From Clostridia bacterium (GTDB taxonomy: Bacteria > Bacillota > Clostridia > UMGS1883), in the NCBI GenBank assembly GCA_045591265.1, contig JAZNSQ010000019.1, positions 16,067-80,066 on the forward strand: DNA of 64,000 nucleotides. Direction: 5' to 3'. A program made the position numbers and the translations under genes. Of this stretch, positions 42,756 through 51,396 are shown one piece after another. Every line of letters starts with the position of its first letter. Position 1 is the first letter of the stretch. The notes under the pieces are model-generated. The model made no database searches. It saw only the letters and a program-made list of their open reading frames with translations, and was not told the DNA's origin.

Positions 42756-43481
42756 ATGAAAAAAAGATATCCGCTACTTGATATAATTCGCGCAGTCGCC
42801 CTTATAAATATGATACTTTATCACACCCTTTGGGATATGAAATATATTTTTTCATTTAATTTAGGGTGGTTTTCAGAGGATAAGTTTTACTATTGGCAGC
42901 AAAGCATATGCATAACCTTTATTTTCCTTTCGGGCTTTTGTATTAGCCTTGGTAAAAATGCGCTTAAAAACGGAATAAAAGTATTTCTTTGCGGTGGGGG
43001 AGTCAGTGCAGTAACACTCATTTTTTCTTATGAATCGAGAGTTATATTTGGCATTCTTACTTTTTTGGGAACGTGTATGATTTTACATTTCTTCCTCTAT
43101 AAAGTGTGGGAAAGGCTAAATGCATCTTTTGGCTTTATAACCACATTGGCTTTATTTGTTGTTACAAAAACAGTCCCATTTGGGCGCATTTTTGGTGTGA
43201 AACTGCCTCAAACCATTTACAAAAACTTTTTCACGGCGTTTTTAGGCTTTCCGCAAAAGGAGTTTTATTCGTCTGACTATTTTTCAATTATTCCGTGGGC
43301 ATTTTTATTTCTGGCAGGGTATTTTCTATTTAGATTGTTTAAGGAAGAGGGTTTGCTTTCCCGAATTCCCGAGGTCAGAAATCCTCTTTTTGAGTGGATA
43401 GGAAAAAACTCATTGTTAATATACATGTTGCACCAACCAATTATATATTTTGTTTTAACAATAATAAAAAGGATGTGTTAA
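42756..43481 (+). CDS. DUF1624/heparan-alpha-glucosaminide N-acetyltransferase-like membrane protein
   Basis: YPLLDIIRAVALINMILYH N-terminus; polytopic. Confidence 0.55.
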   Translation: MKKRYPLLDIIRAVALINMILYHTLWDMKYIFSFNLGWFSEDKFYYWQQSICITFIFLSGFCISLGKNALKNGIKVFLCGGGVSAVTLIFSYESRVIFGILTFLGTCMILHFFLYKVWERLNASFGFITTLALFVVTKTVPFGRIFGVKLPQTIYKNFFTAFLGFPQKEFYSSDYFSIIPWAFLFLAGYFLFRLFKEEGLLSRIPEVRNPLFEWIGKNSLLIYMLHQPIIYFVLTIIKRMC

Positions 43482-43497
43482 CACATCCTTTTTTTAT
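43466..43497. terminator. bidirectional terminator (membrane protein / dagK)
   Basis: AAGGATGTGTTAACACATCCTT hairpin followed by T7; overlaps the stop codon. Confidence 0.75.
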
Positions 43498-44450
43498 ACT
43501 AAAACCAAGTCTTCTTTTTTTATTTCGCTTTCCTCGGGCAGTACAAAGTTAAATGCCTTGGGGCAAATCTCAAAGTGTGTTTTGCCCGCATCTGTAATTT
43601 CTCCGTCAATACAGATTTTAAGGTTTTTGCCAAGCGGTGTAATAGATATTTCCCGGCACTTTTCGCACAGTATTATCTTTTCTATATTTTTAAGCTTTAA
43701 AAAGCTACCCTTCATATAGCGGGGAAGAAGGGTTAAAAACCTTGTACGAGATATGTTCTTAATGATATTTACGCTTATAAGTCCATCACTTACAGAGGCT
43801 AGGGGGTTACTTTTAATTCCGCCCCCGCAAAATGACCCGTTTGCAACAGAAGTAAGAAGAAGACGCCCCGAGTGCTTTACTTTCCCGTCAAGCCTAATTT
43901 CAAGGTTTTCGCCTTTTTTAGTAATGAGCATAACTAAAATTGAAATAAAATATGCCAACGGCCCCGAAATAAAAGGCTTTTTCTTCATTTGAGCAGTAAG
44001 GTCAGCCACACGGCAGTCAAATCCGATGTTAAACATATTCGCCGAGTAGCCTGTAACAGTCTTTCCGCCTGATGTGGTAGTATATTTTATCGCATCGCAT
44101 TTCACGCTTTTGCCACAAATTTGATGAGTGATATCGCTAAAGGAGTATCTTTTATCAAAGTTACGGCAAAAGTCGTTACCCGTTCCTACTGGGATTACAC
44201 CAATTTCTGCATCTTCAAAGCCGATAGCCCCGTTTAACACCTCGTTTAGCGTTCCGTCACCACCGCAGGCAATAAACCTTGCCCCGCCAAAGCTTTTGCA
44301 AAAGTTTCTCACAAAGTCTGTCGCTTCGCCCGGGGCTTTCGTTATGTAAATCTGGGAGTTTGGATTATTTAAACTATTAATTTTTTTAATCAGGGAGTCT
44401 GCCCAGTTTCCCTGTCCTGCACAGGGGTTAACGATAAAAATTGTCTTCAT
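43494..44450 (-). CDS. dagK: diacylglycerol/lipid kinase (DagK/YegS family)
   Basis: ACGGDGTLNEV motif. Start at MKTIFIVNP, chosen over the longer track ORF. Confidence 0.8.
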   Translation of the reverse strand: MKTIFIVNPCAGQGNWADSLIKKINSLNNPNSQIYITKAPGEATDFVRNFCKSFGGARFIACGGDGTLNEVLNGAIGFEDAEIGVIPVGTGNDFCRNFDKRYSFSDITHQICGKSVKCDAIKYTTTSGGKTVTGYSANMFNIGFDCRVADLTAQMKKKPFISGPLAYFISILVMLITKKGENLEIRLDGKVKHSGRLLLTSVANGSFCGGGIKSNPLASVSDGLISVNIIKNISRTRFLTLLPRYMKGSFLKLKNIEKIILCEKCREISITPLGKNLKICIDGEITDAGKTHFEICPKAFNFVLPEESEIKKEDLVLV

Positions 44451-44575
44451 AAAATCTACCCTTGTCATTTTTTGACATATTTTATATATAACAATTATAT
44501 CACATAATAAAAACAATTCAATAAGGAAATAAAATCCACAGAAAACAATTAAAAGATTAATTAGTCTAAACTGTG

Positions 44576-44809
44576 TTAAAAATCATGACACCCCTCGACA
44601 AAAATATTATATTTTTCAAATAAGCATACAATTTCTTCGACCATTTCAAAATCGGAGTATTTATCGTTTTCAATTATTTTTTGTATTTCGGATAATAGCT
44701 CAAGAGCAGTAGAATTAACTATCTCATTTGCATCAATTTCAAAATCCTGGATATGATATTTTACATAGTTAGAAATATATTTGTTTAATAATTGAGTTTT
44801 AATAAGCAT
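44576..44809 (-). CDS. small acidic hypothetical protein (77 aa)
   Basis: ATG preceded by GGAGGTGATAAA; divergent from the XRE gene; AT-rich. Confidence 0.5.
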   Translation of the reverse strand: MLIKTQLLNKYISNYVKYHIQDFEIDANEIVNSTALELLSEIQKIIENDKYSDFEMVEEIVCLFEKYNIFVEGCHDF

Positions 44810-44931
44810 TTTATCACCTCCTGAGACAAAATTTAATTTTGTCTCATTTTTACAACCAATTATAACATTCTTTGATAGTAAAATCAAGACAGAAGTGTAA
44901 AAAACGAGACAAATTTGATGTGGTGAATGCT

Positions 44932-45177
44932 ATGAAACAGAGAACTGAAGCAAATGGCAAAAATCTTATAGGAGAGAGACTTAAGGAGTTAAGAAGAAAT
45001 TCTAATCTATCTCAACGTGATTTGGCAAGGCAACTGCAACTTATTGGAATTGATATGGATAAGAATGTGATAACTCGAATTGAAACAAATAAGAGATACG
45101 TGACTGATTTTGAACTTCAGGCGCTTAAGGAGATTTTTAAAGTCAGCTATGATTACTTAATCGACGGAGAAAAATAA
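44932..45177 (+). CDS. XRE-family HTH transcriptional regulator
   Basis: LKELRRNSNLSQRDLARQLQLIG HTH; 82 aa from ATG 44932. Confidence 0.75.
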   Translation: MKQRTEANGKNLIGERLKELRRNSNLSQRDLARQLQLIGIDMDKNVITRIETNKRYVTDFELQALKEIFKVSYDYLIDGEK

Positions 45178-45195
45178 AATAATATGTTTAGATAA

Positions 45196-45236
45196 GGAAA
45201 AGAGACGATTTACGGATGGTAAATTGTCTCTTTTTT
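45196..45236 (+). terminator. terminator hairpin H1 (copy of a repeated ~40-bp hairpin element)
   Basis: GAGACGATTTAC-GGAT-GGTAAATTGTCTC followed by TTTTTT. Confidence 0.7.
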
Positions 45237-45407
45237 GCAAAATAGTAAATTTATTTGTCGCTATTATTCTTTGCAGTGTCAAGCATTTTATCATCTCCTG
45301 CGTATTATAGCATATAAATTTTAATTTTACAACAGAAATTTCTAATATATTTTAAAATCTAATTTTATCATATAATATAAATAAGATATGATATAAGGAT
45401 GATTGAT

Positions 45408-45575
45408 ATGGCATTTACACCCAGAGAAACGAAAAAGAAGGTCAAGGCAGGATATAAAACTTTGTATATCACTGATGAATTGGTTGAAAAAATTGATAAT
45501 CTTGCGAAAAAGCACGAGACAAGCTTTAACAATATTGTGATAAGCATTATAGAGGATTTTTTTAAAGAAAAATAA
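45408..45575 (+). CDS. small ribbon-helix-helix (CopG/Arc-like) protein, 55 aa, unannotated
   Basis: RBS AAGGATGA. It has a beta-strand KTLYITDELVEKI followed by two helices. It is followed by hairpin H2. Under 60 aa, so absent from the ORF track. Confidence 0.5.
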   Translation: MAFTPRETKKKVKAGYKTLYITDELVEKIDNLAKKHETSFNNIVISIIEDFFKEK

Positions 45576-45580
45576 ATAGA

Positions 45581-45622
45581 AGAGACAATTTTACCATCGG
45601 TAAATTGTCTCTTTTTTTCTGG
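45581..45622 (+). terminator. terminator hairpin H2 (second copy of the hairpin element)
   Basis: GAGACAATTTTACC-ATC-GGTAAATTGTCTC followed by TTTTTTT. Confidence 0.7.
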
Positions 45623-45645
45623 TGTCGGCGAGGGGGACAGATGCT
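45622..45645. repeat. degenerate partial copy of the tmRNA 3' end (candidate distal att remnant)
   Basis: CTGGTGTCGGCGAGGGGG versus the genuine 3' end CTGGTGGAGGCGAGGGGGG at 45825-45843. Confidence 0.5.
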
Positions 45646-45824
45646 ACGCATCTTGCCTGCTTGACGACCCAAATGCTTTGCATTTCGGTACCCGTCTGCG
45701 CACCAAAAAGCTAAAAAACTTGCCACAGGCAACTTTTTTAACGCTTTTTGCCCACTTTGGGTTCAACCCCCCTCTATAGTAAAAAAAGAAAGAGTATACC
45801 TTGCGGTACACCCTTTCTTTTTTT

Positions 45825-46171
45825 CTGGTGGAGGCGAGGGGGGTTGAACCCCTGTCCGAAAACATATTCACACAGGCATCTCCGAGCGCAGTCACTTAAT
45901 TAACATTCCCTCTGCCGTATGGCAAGTGACAGCCTCACGGTTTTAGTAGCTTCATTTGTCATGTATGGCGCAAAGCTTTGCCATATCACGTTCACCACTT
46001 TGTGACGCCCTTATCCAAGCCGTGGTCCTCCCGGTAAGGACGGCTACCTAATTAGGCAGCGTAAGCTAAATTTTTGTTAGCGTTTAATTTTAAAGTTTGG
46101 AATTTTAACGTAGTTTCCGCTACGGCTCGCTTCCCATGCTTCAACATCCCCGTCGAAACCGGAACGCCCCC
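45825..46171 (-). ncRNA. ssrA: tmRNA (SsrA)
   Basis: 5' end GGGGGCGTTCCGGTTTCGACGGGGATG. 3' tRNA-Ala-like end CGGACAGGGGTTCAACCCCCCTCGCCTCCACCA. An internal tag ORF ends ...AAC AAA AAT TTA GCT TAC GCT GCC TAA (..NKNLAYAA). It lies just downstream of smpB. Confidence 0.9.
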
Positions 46172-46209
46172 ATTTAGCTATGTTAGTATACTATAAAACA
46201 CCCTTTTGG

Positions 46210-46679
46210 TCAATAGGTATTTCTTTCCTTGAGGGTCCTTTCAATAGTTCTTTTTGCATCACGTTTTGCAGCGTCTTCACGCTTGTCATAAAGCTTTTTA
46301 CCGCGCGCAACGGCTACTGTCACCTTAACCCTTTGCCCGCGAAGATACATATCAAGCGGGATAATAGTCAGCCCCTTTTGCTTTACGTAACCTAAAAGGC
46401 GCATAATCTCACTTTTATGCATCAAAAGTCTTTTCGGGCGGAGCGGGTCACGGTTAAAGATATTTCCCTTTTCGTAAGGAGAAATATGCATTCCGTGAAT
46501 AAAAATCTGCCCCGCGTCAATTTCGCAGTAGCTTTCCTTAAGGTTAACCTTTCCCATACGGATAGATTTAACTTCTGTGCCGAAAAGCTCAATGCCTGCC
46601 TCTATTTTTTCTTCTATGAAATACTCGTGATGAGCTGTTTTGTTTTGCGCGAGTATTCTTCTTGCCGTTTTGTCTGCCA
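46210..46679 (-). CDS. smpB: SsrA-binding protein SmpB
   Basis: [36 protein letters not shown] conserved N-terminus; start at MADKTA. Confidence 0.9.
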
Positions 46680-48766
46680 TTAGAGTAACTTCCTCCTTGA
46701 GTAAGTTCAAAATCAATTTTGCCTGCCGATTTATCGCAAGACACAAGCCTTACCTTAACCACGTCCCCTAATTTAAAGGTACGGGCGGTTCGCTTTCCTG
46801 TAAGCGAAAAATCTCTTTCACTGTATACATAATAGTCACCGCGGATACTTTCTATGCGCACTAACCCTTCAACTGTATTAGGAAGCGCTACAAAAAAGCC
46901 AAATTCAGTAATGGAGGAGATAACCCCCTCAAATTCGCTGCCAATAAAGCTTTCCATATATTCTGCTTTTTTAATGTCGAGAGTGTCGCGCTCTGTAAGT
47001 GTTGCGGAGTATTCTCTTTCACTTGAGGCGTCTGATGCTTCCGAAACAAAAGAAGAAAGCTTTCTTAACATCTTTTCATCTTTTTCGATTATCGCCTTGA
47101 GCGCACGGTGGCACACAAGGTCAGGATATCGTCTTATAGGTGAAGTAAAGTGGCAGTAATCAGAAAGCGCAAGCCCGAAATGACCAAGATTGTCAGAAGA
47201 ATACTTTGCCTTTGCCATACTGCGAAGAAGCATTGTGGAAACCACGCTTTCAAGGGGAGTCGCCTTTGTAAGTGAAAGCATATTTTTAATTGTGCCAAGC
47301 TTTTTATACCCTGCATTATACAAAAATTTTCGCACGCTTTCAAGCTTTTGTTCATTAGGATTCTCGTGAACTCGGTAAATCGCAGGAGCTTCGTTTTCGC
47401 TTAAAAACTTTGCAACAGCGCTATTTGCAAGCACCATAAATTCCTCAATCATTTTATGCGCAAAGTTTGTTTCTCTTAAAACAATATCAACTGCTTTGCC
47501 GTCATCATTTAGGATTGCTTTTGCCTCGGGAATATTAAAGTCGATTGTACCGCGGTTTTGAGATTTCTTTTCAAGCTTTTTTGCAAGTGAGTAAAGTGAC
47601 TTAAGCGTAGGAAGTGCATCCTTGTATTTTTTGGATAAATCCTCGTTGCCATCACCCAAAATACTCCATACATCATCATATGTCATTTTATGCGCGCTTT
47701 TTATATATGATTTACAGAAACTGCTTTTTATAAGATTACCGTCTTTATCAATTTCCATAACAGCCGTCATCGTAAGACGAAGCTCACCTTCATTCAGCGA
47801 ACAAAGTCCGTTTGAAAGCTTAACGGGAAGCATTGGCAAAACGCGGTCTGCAAGATACACACTTGTCCCGCGTGAAAATGCCTCGCAATCAAGCACGTCA
47901 TCCATTTTGACATAGTTACTTACATCTGCAATATGAACACAAAGCGTGTAGGAATTTTCATTTTCTCTTATTGAAACGGCGTCATCAATATCCTTCGTGT
48001 CGGCACCGTCAATAGTTATGACTAAATCATCTAAAAACGAGATTCTTCCCTCAAGATCGCTTTCATTTATGTCCTCAAGTGAATTTGCGCTCTTTAAAAC
48101 CTTTTTGGGAAACTCCGTCTCAAATCCGTACTTCTTTATGACCGACAGAATATCAACGCCAAAGTCGTTTGGAAAGCCCAAAATCTCCTTAACTCTTCCC
48201 GTAAGAGAAGTGGTGGGGCTTTCATACTCTATTATTTCACACGTTACCTTTTGTCCGTTAAGCGCACCGCAAAAATTATTTGATGACACAAAAATTTCAG
48301 GAAGCTTGTCACTGTCAGGAATAATTATGGCGTAATTTGCACCGGATTTAAACGTGCCCACAATGTTTCTCTTGGCACGCTTAAGTATCCTTACAACCTC
48401 ACCCTCGATTGTGCGATTTTGTTTTTTCTTGCTTTTTTTATCTGTACGGATAAGCACACTGTCTCCGTCTAAAGCGCCATACGTTTTTTCGCGGGGAATA
48501 AAAACGTCACCATTTTCCCCAAGCACAAAGCCAAAGCCACGTGAGGTGCTTTTAAAAATTCCGCTTACAAACCCAAGCTTTTTGGATGAAAATATGTGAT
48601 CCTTTTTTCCGACAATGATTACCCCGTCATCTTCTAAAGAAGAGAGTATTTTATAAAAATCATCGTAATTTTCGGGCGAAACCTTGAAATGTTCAGATAA
48701 TTTCTCAAATGACGCGGGAACATAATCATTACTTTCAATATATTTTGAAACAGTTTGTTTATCCAT
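46589..48766 (-). CDS. rnr: ribonuclease R
   Basis: RNB catalytic domain motifs ([11 protein letters not shown], RxxRR), C-terminal S1 domain and a basic tail. The C-terminus overlaps the smpB start by ~90 nt. Confidence 0.9.
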   Translation of the reverse strand: MDKQTVSKYIESNDYVPASFEKLSEHFKVSPENYDDFYKILSSLEDDGVIIVGKKDHIFSSKKLGFVSGIFKSTSRGFGFVLGENGDVFIPREKTYGALDGDSVLIRTDKKSKKKQNRTIEGEVVRILKRAKRNIVGTFKSGANYAIIIPDSDKLPEIFVSSNNFCGALNGQKVTCEIIEYESPTTSLTGRVKEILGFPNDFGVDILSVIKKYGFETEFPKKVLKSANSLEDINESDLEGRISFLDDLVITIDGADTKDIDDAVSIRENENSYTLCVHIADVSNYVKMDDVLDCEAFSRGTSVYLADRVLPMLPVKLSNGLCSLNEGELRLTMTAVMEIDKDGNLIKSSFCKSYIKSAHKMTYDDVWSILGDGNEDLSKKYKDALPTLKSLYSLAKKLEKKSQNRGTIDFNIPEAKAILNDDGKAVDIVLRETNFAHKMIEEFMVLANSAVAKFLSENEAPAIYRVHENPNEQKLESVRKFLYNAGYKKLGTIKNMLSLTKATPLESVVSTMLLRSMAKAKYSSDNLGHFGLALSDYCHFTSPIRRYPDLVCHRALKAIIEKDEKMLRKLSSFVSEASDASSEREYSATLTERDTLDIKKAEYMESFIGSEFEGVISSITEFGFFVALPNTVEGLVRIESIRGDYYVYSERDFSLTGKRTARTFKLGDVVKVRLVSCDKSAGKIDFELTQGGSYSNGRQNGKKNTRAKQNSSSRVFHRRKNRGRH

Positions 48767-48814
48767 AATATAACTCCAATAAAAAAAGCGTTTTCATTGA
48801 AAACGCTTTTCGTC

Positions 48815-49051
48815 TTATTTAACCACATTAAGTGAAAGGAGAATTGATAAAACAAAGAAAACAACCGCCAAAACAGATGTTAACTTTTCAAGCATTCCTT
48901 CACGAGTGTTTGCCTTGTTCTTTGAGAAGAACGAATCACTTGATGTGCCCATAACAGCACCGGTGCTTTGATCCTTACCCTTCTGGAAGAGAACAATAGC
49001 AGTAAGCAAAAGCGCAATAACAATATAAATAATAGTCAATGCCAATTTCAT
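48815..49051 (-). CDS. secG: preprotein translocase subunit SecG
   Basis: 78 aa, two TM helices, LFQKGKDQSTGAVMG... motif; conserved secG-rnr-smpB-ssrA order. Confidence 0.85.
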   Translation of the reverse strand: MKLALTIIYIVIALLLTAIVLFQKGKDQSTGAVMGTSSDSFFSKNKANTREGMLEKLTSVLAVVFFVLSILLSLNVVK

Positions 49052-49274
49052 TTTCTACACCTCCGTAATAATGTCACATAAAGATACTTTAGCATAAGAA
49101 ATGAAAAAAATCAATACTTTTTTATAATTATTCCCATTTTTTTAGGTAGTATGAGTTTTTGTTGAAAGGAAAGAAATACATTTTTAATTTATGCTATATA
49201 AAAAAATCCAGAAATACGCCAGTATTACTGGATTTTTATTATCTTTCTTAAGCCATTAATCGCTTTTTTACTTC

Positions 49275-50012
49275 TTAAACGATGACCTTTCTTAACCATT
49301 CCAGCGTGCAGTTTACCATATGCTTGCCGGTTTCCTCACTTGCTTCTGTGGCGCTTTGGGCAAACCATTCTGTGTTACGTTCACAACGGCTAAGGTCTAC
49401 CAGCTCGGGATAGGTTCCCATCATAAGGCTCGTTTCCCATTTGCCTGCATGGTCAAAGCCACCGCACTTAATCTGTGCATCTGCTCCGATCAGGGGGAGA
49501 ACCTTGATGTAAGAGAAGGGATCATCTTCGCTACCCATATCCTCGTAATATGAGGCATAGTCATCGCTGCCCCACCAGCCTTTTCCAAGCTTTTCTTCCA
49601 TGTATTCCATGGTTACCTTTTTGGCAGCCTTATGGCAGGCAATTGTCATGGGCATCAAACCTGCGCCCTCTGTCTGATGATGAGCCACAAGGTATATGTT
49701 CTTATGACCAGCATTAATCATGGACTTCAGTATGTAGTACAAGTAGTTTGCATAAGCGTCCTCATCTACATGGAAATGGCTGGGCTTTGGAGCACATACT
49801 GCGTATGATGCCACACCGTACCAGATAGGAGGACAAACGACAATCTCCTTTTCCTTTTCAAGTTCTCTTAAGCAACCGGTAATAACAAGAGTATCCGTTC
49901 CGCAAGAAGCATGGCGGGCATGGTATTCCATAGTACCGATTGGAATAATAAATGGAACCTTTCTATCCACTGCATCTTGGATTTCATCATATAACATTTC
50001 AAGCATTTGCAT
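49275..50012 (-). CDS. creatininase-family amidohydrolase
   Basis: IIPIGTMEYHARHASCGTDT metal-binding N-terminal motif of the creatinine amidohydrolase family. Confidence 0.7.
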   Translation of the reverse strand: MQMLEMLYDEIQDAVDRKVPFIIPIGTMEYHARHASCGTDTLVITGCLRELEKEKEIVVCPPIWYGVASYAVCAPKPSHFHVDEDAYANYLYYILKSMINAGHKNIYLVAHHQTEGAGLMPMTIACHKAAKKVTMEYMEEKLGKGWWGSDDYASYYEDMGSEDDPFSYIKVLPLIGADAQIKCGGFDHAGKWETSLMMGTYPELVDLSRCERNTEWFAQSATEASEETGKHMVNCTLEWLRKVIV

Positions 50013-50363
50013 AATTTTTTCCTCCTATTTCTTTTAATTAATATAAATTATAAGCGAAATATCCGTAAAAGTCAAGGCACGTGGAGGATAAAAACTAAAG
50101 TACTGACTGTTATTACAGCAGGATTTGAGTTTAGAGTAAAAAGACTTTTTTACGAGAAAGCAGAACCATAGGAATATTTATATTTTAAATGGAATTGTTC
50201 GATTCTCTCACGATGAAATCCAAACAAGTTTTGATGAAATTAAATCCGTCTTTTATTCTTGCGAAGCAAGATTTCATCACGAAGTGATCTCATCTGCATA
50301 GCAGATTTATTCCGTCTTTGACGGATTTAGTAAAAAAACATCCACAAAGCAGATGCTATTTTT

Positions 50364-50545
50364 TGGTGGGCCTTTAGTTTGGGCGCAGGCAAACAATCCT
50401 GTGAATTGTTTGCCAGACCAAAGTCCCTGCGAGCTGAAAGCGAGTAGAAAACGAAGCTTGAAGCCGCCTTTAGGAAGGCCCCTTATAGGAATGCAGTCAC
50501 ACTGCAAAAAAAAACAGCACCCGCTAAAAAGCAGATGCTATTTTT
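50364..50545. repeat. 182-bp tandem-repeat unit copy 1 (begins with the 11-nt 3' end of tRNA-Met: TGGTGGGCCTT)
   Basis: Near-identical to 51397-51578. Contains a perfect 10-bp hairpin GGCAAACAAT-CCTGTGA-ATTGTTTGCC. Confidence 0.85.
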
Positions 50546-50575
50546 TGGAAGAGCCGAATGATTTAGATGCCAAAA

Positions 50576-50902
50576 TTAATATATATATGTAAATAAATTA
50601 CGAGCACCGCATTTCCTACAAATTTTTTCGCGGTTTTTTTCATTTGACCGTACTATACCAACAACTAATAAGTAAATAATCCCTGGGACAACACCTAACA
50701 AAAGTAGAACTAAACCGATAATAAAATCTATTCCTCTTAGTACCGGTCCCTTTTTCCATGGTGCTATATTACCACAACAAGTGCATTTTGGAATATCGTG
50801 TTCCTCTGGTTTTTCTTTTAATTCTGAACATGAACATCCACAGTTAGTACATACTATAGCCTCATCAATCATTTCTTTCCCACACTTTGAACAATACTTC
50901 AT
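50576..50902 (-). CDS. zinc-ribbon membrane protein (N-terminal CxxC...CxxC ribbon, one TM helix, C-terminal CxxC)
   Basis: CSKCG...CTNCGC, TM segment FIIGLVLLLLGVVPGIIYLLVVGIV, CRKCG; RBS AAGAGGTGAT upstream. Confidence 0.6.
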   Translation of the reverse strand: MKYCSKCGKEMIDEAIVCTNCGCSCSELKEKPEEHDIPKCTCCGNIAPWKKGPVLRGIDFIIGLVLLLLGVVPGIIYLLVVGIVRSNEKNREKICRKCGARNLFTYIY

Positions 50903-51020
50903 TTCAAATCACCTCTTAATATATTTCGTCGATATTTGTCAGTAGTATTTTATCCTACTTTATACTATTTGTCAATACTTTATAAGAAATAAGTATATAA
51001 TTATTTTTGAGGTGATTATT

Positions 51021-51179
51021 TTGAAACCATTAAAAGAGAAAATAAGTATAACCATTGATAGTGATATTTTGGAAAAATTACGAATCCTAGCTGAAAACGA
51101 TGATCGTTCGTTATCTCAATATATAAATATTATTCTAAAAGCGCATATAACCAAGGGAGTATCAAATTCTAATCATTAA
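51021..51179 (+). CDS. ribbon-helix-helix (CopG-like) DNA-binding protein, 52 aa, TTG start
   Basis: RBS GAGGTGAT 7 nt upstream of TTG 51021. ISITIDSDILEKLRILAENDDRSLSQYINIILKAHI fits the RHH beta-alpha-alpha fold; a terminator follows. Confidence 0.5.
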   Translation: MKPLKEKISITIDSDILEKLRILAENDDRSLSQYINIILKAHITKGVSNSNH

Positions 51180-51202
51180 AAAGATTCTAAATTGTTAAAT
51201 AT

Positions 51203-51245
51203 AAAAGCAGATTTATTTTAAAAAATAAATCTGCTTATTTTATTG
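51203..51245 (+). terminator. rho-independent terminator after the RHH gene
   Basis: AAAAGCAGATTTATTTT-AAAAAATAAATCTGCTT hairpin followed by a T-tract. Confidence 0.7.
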
Positions 51246-51396
51246 TCATTATAATTATTCTATTTGCCACAGTTCAAGTCTGGTTCAAAACTGCCTGTCA
51301 TCTACCCTTTTGGTTCAAAACTGATTTTTGCAAAAAGCCCTCAAATCATTGAAAAAAGCGAACAATTTAGATGTCATCTAAATCATTCGCTTCTTT

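Larger units (their letters stand above)
50549..51395. mobile_element. 847-bp non-autonomous (MITE-like) insertion bounded by 21-bp imperfect terminal inverted repeats and TTGG target duplication
   Basis: The left end is AAGAGCCGAATGATTTAGATG, and the right end is its reverse complement with 2 mismatches. It is flanked by TTGG on both sides. It splits the junction between the two 182-bp repeat units. It carries two small genes and no transposase. Confidence 0.7.

Noticed and set aside
45644-45895. 83-aa minus-strand ORF, and the 71-aa ORF at 46180-46395
   Set aside because: Both lie inside or overlap the tmRNA gene and its terminator or the smpB 3' end. They have no RBS and low-complexity products, so they are artefacts of the six-frame track.
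50307-50592. ORFs of 66/79 aa and their near-identical twins of 61/62 aa at 51367-51559
   Set aside because: They are translations of the two copies of the 182-bp repeat. They are identical because the DNA is duplicated, they have no RBS, and they overlap each other on both strands.
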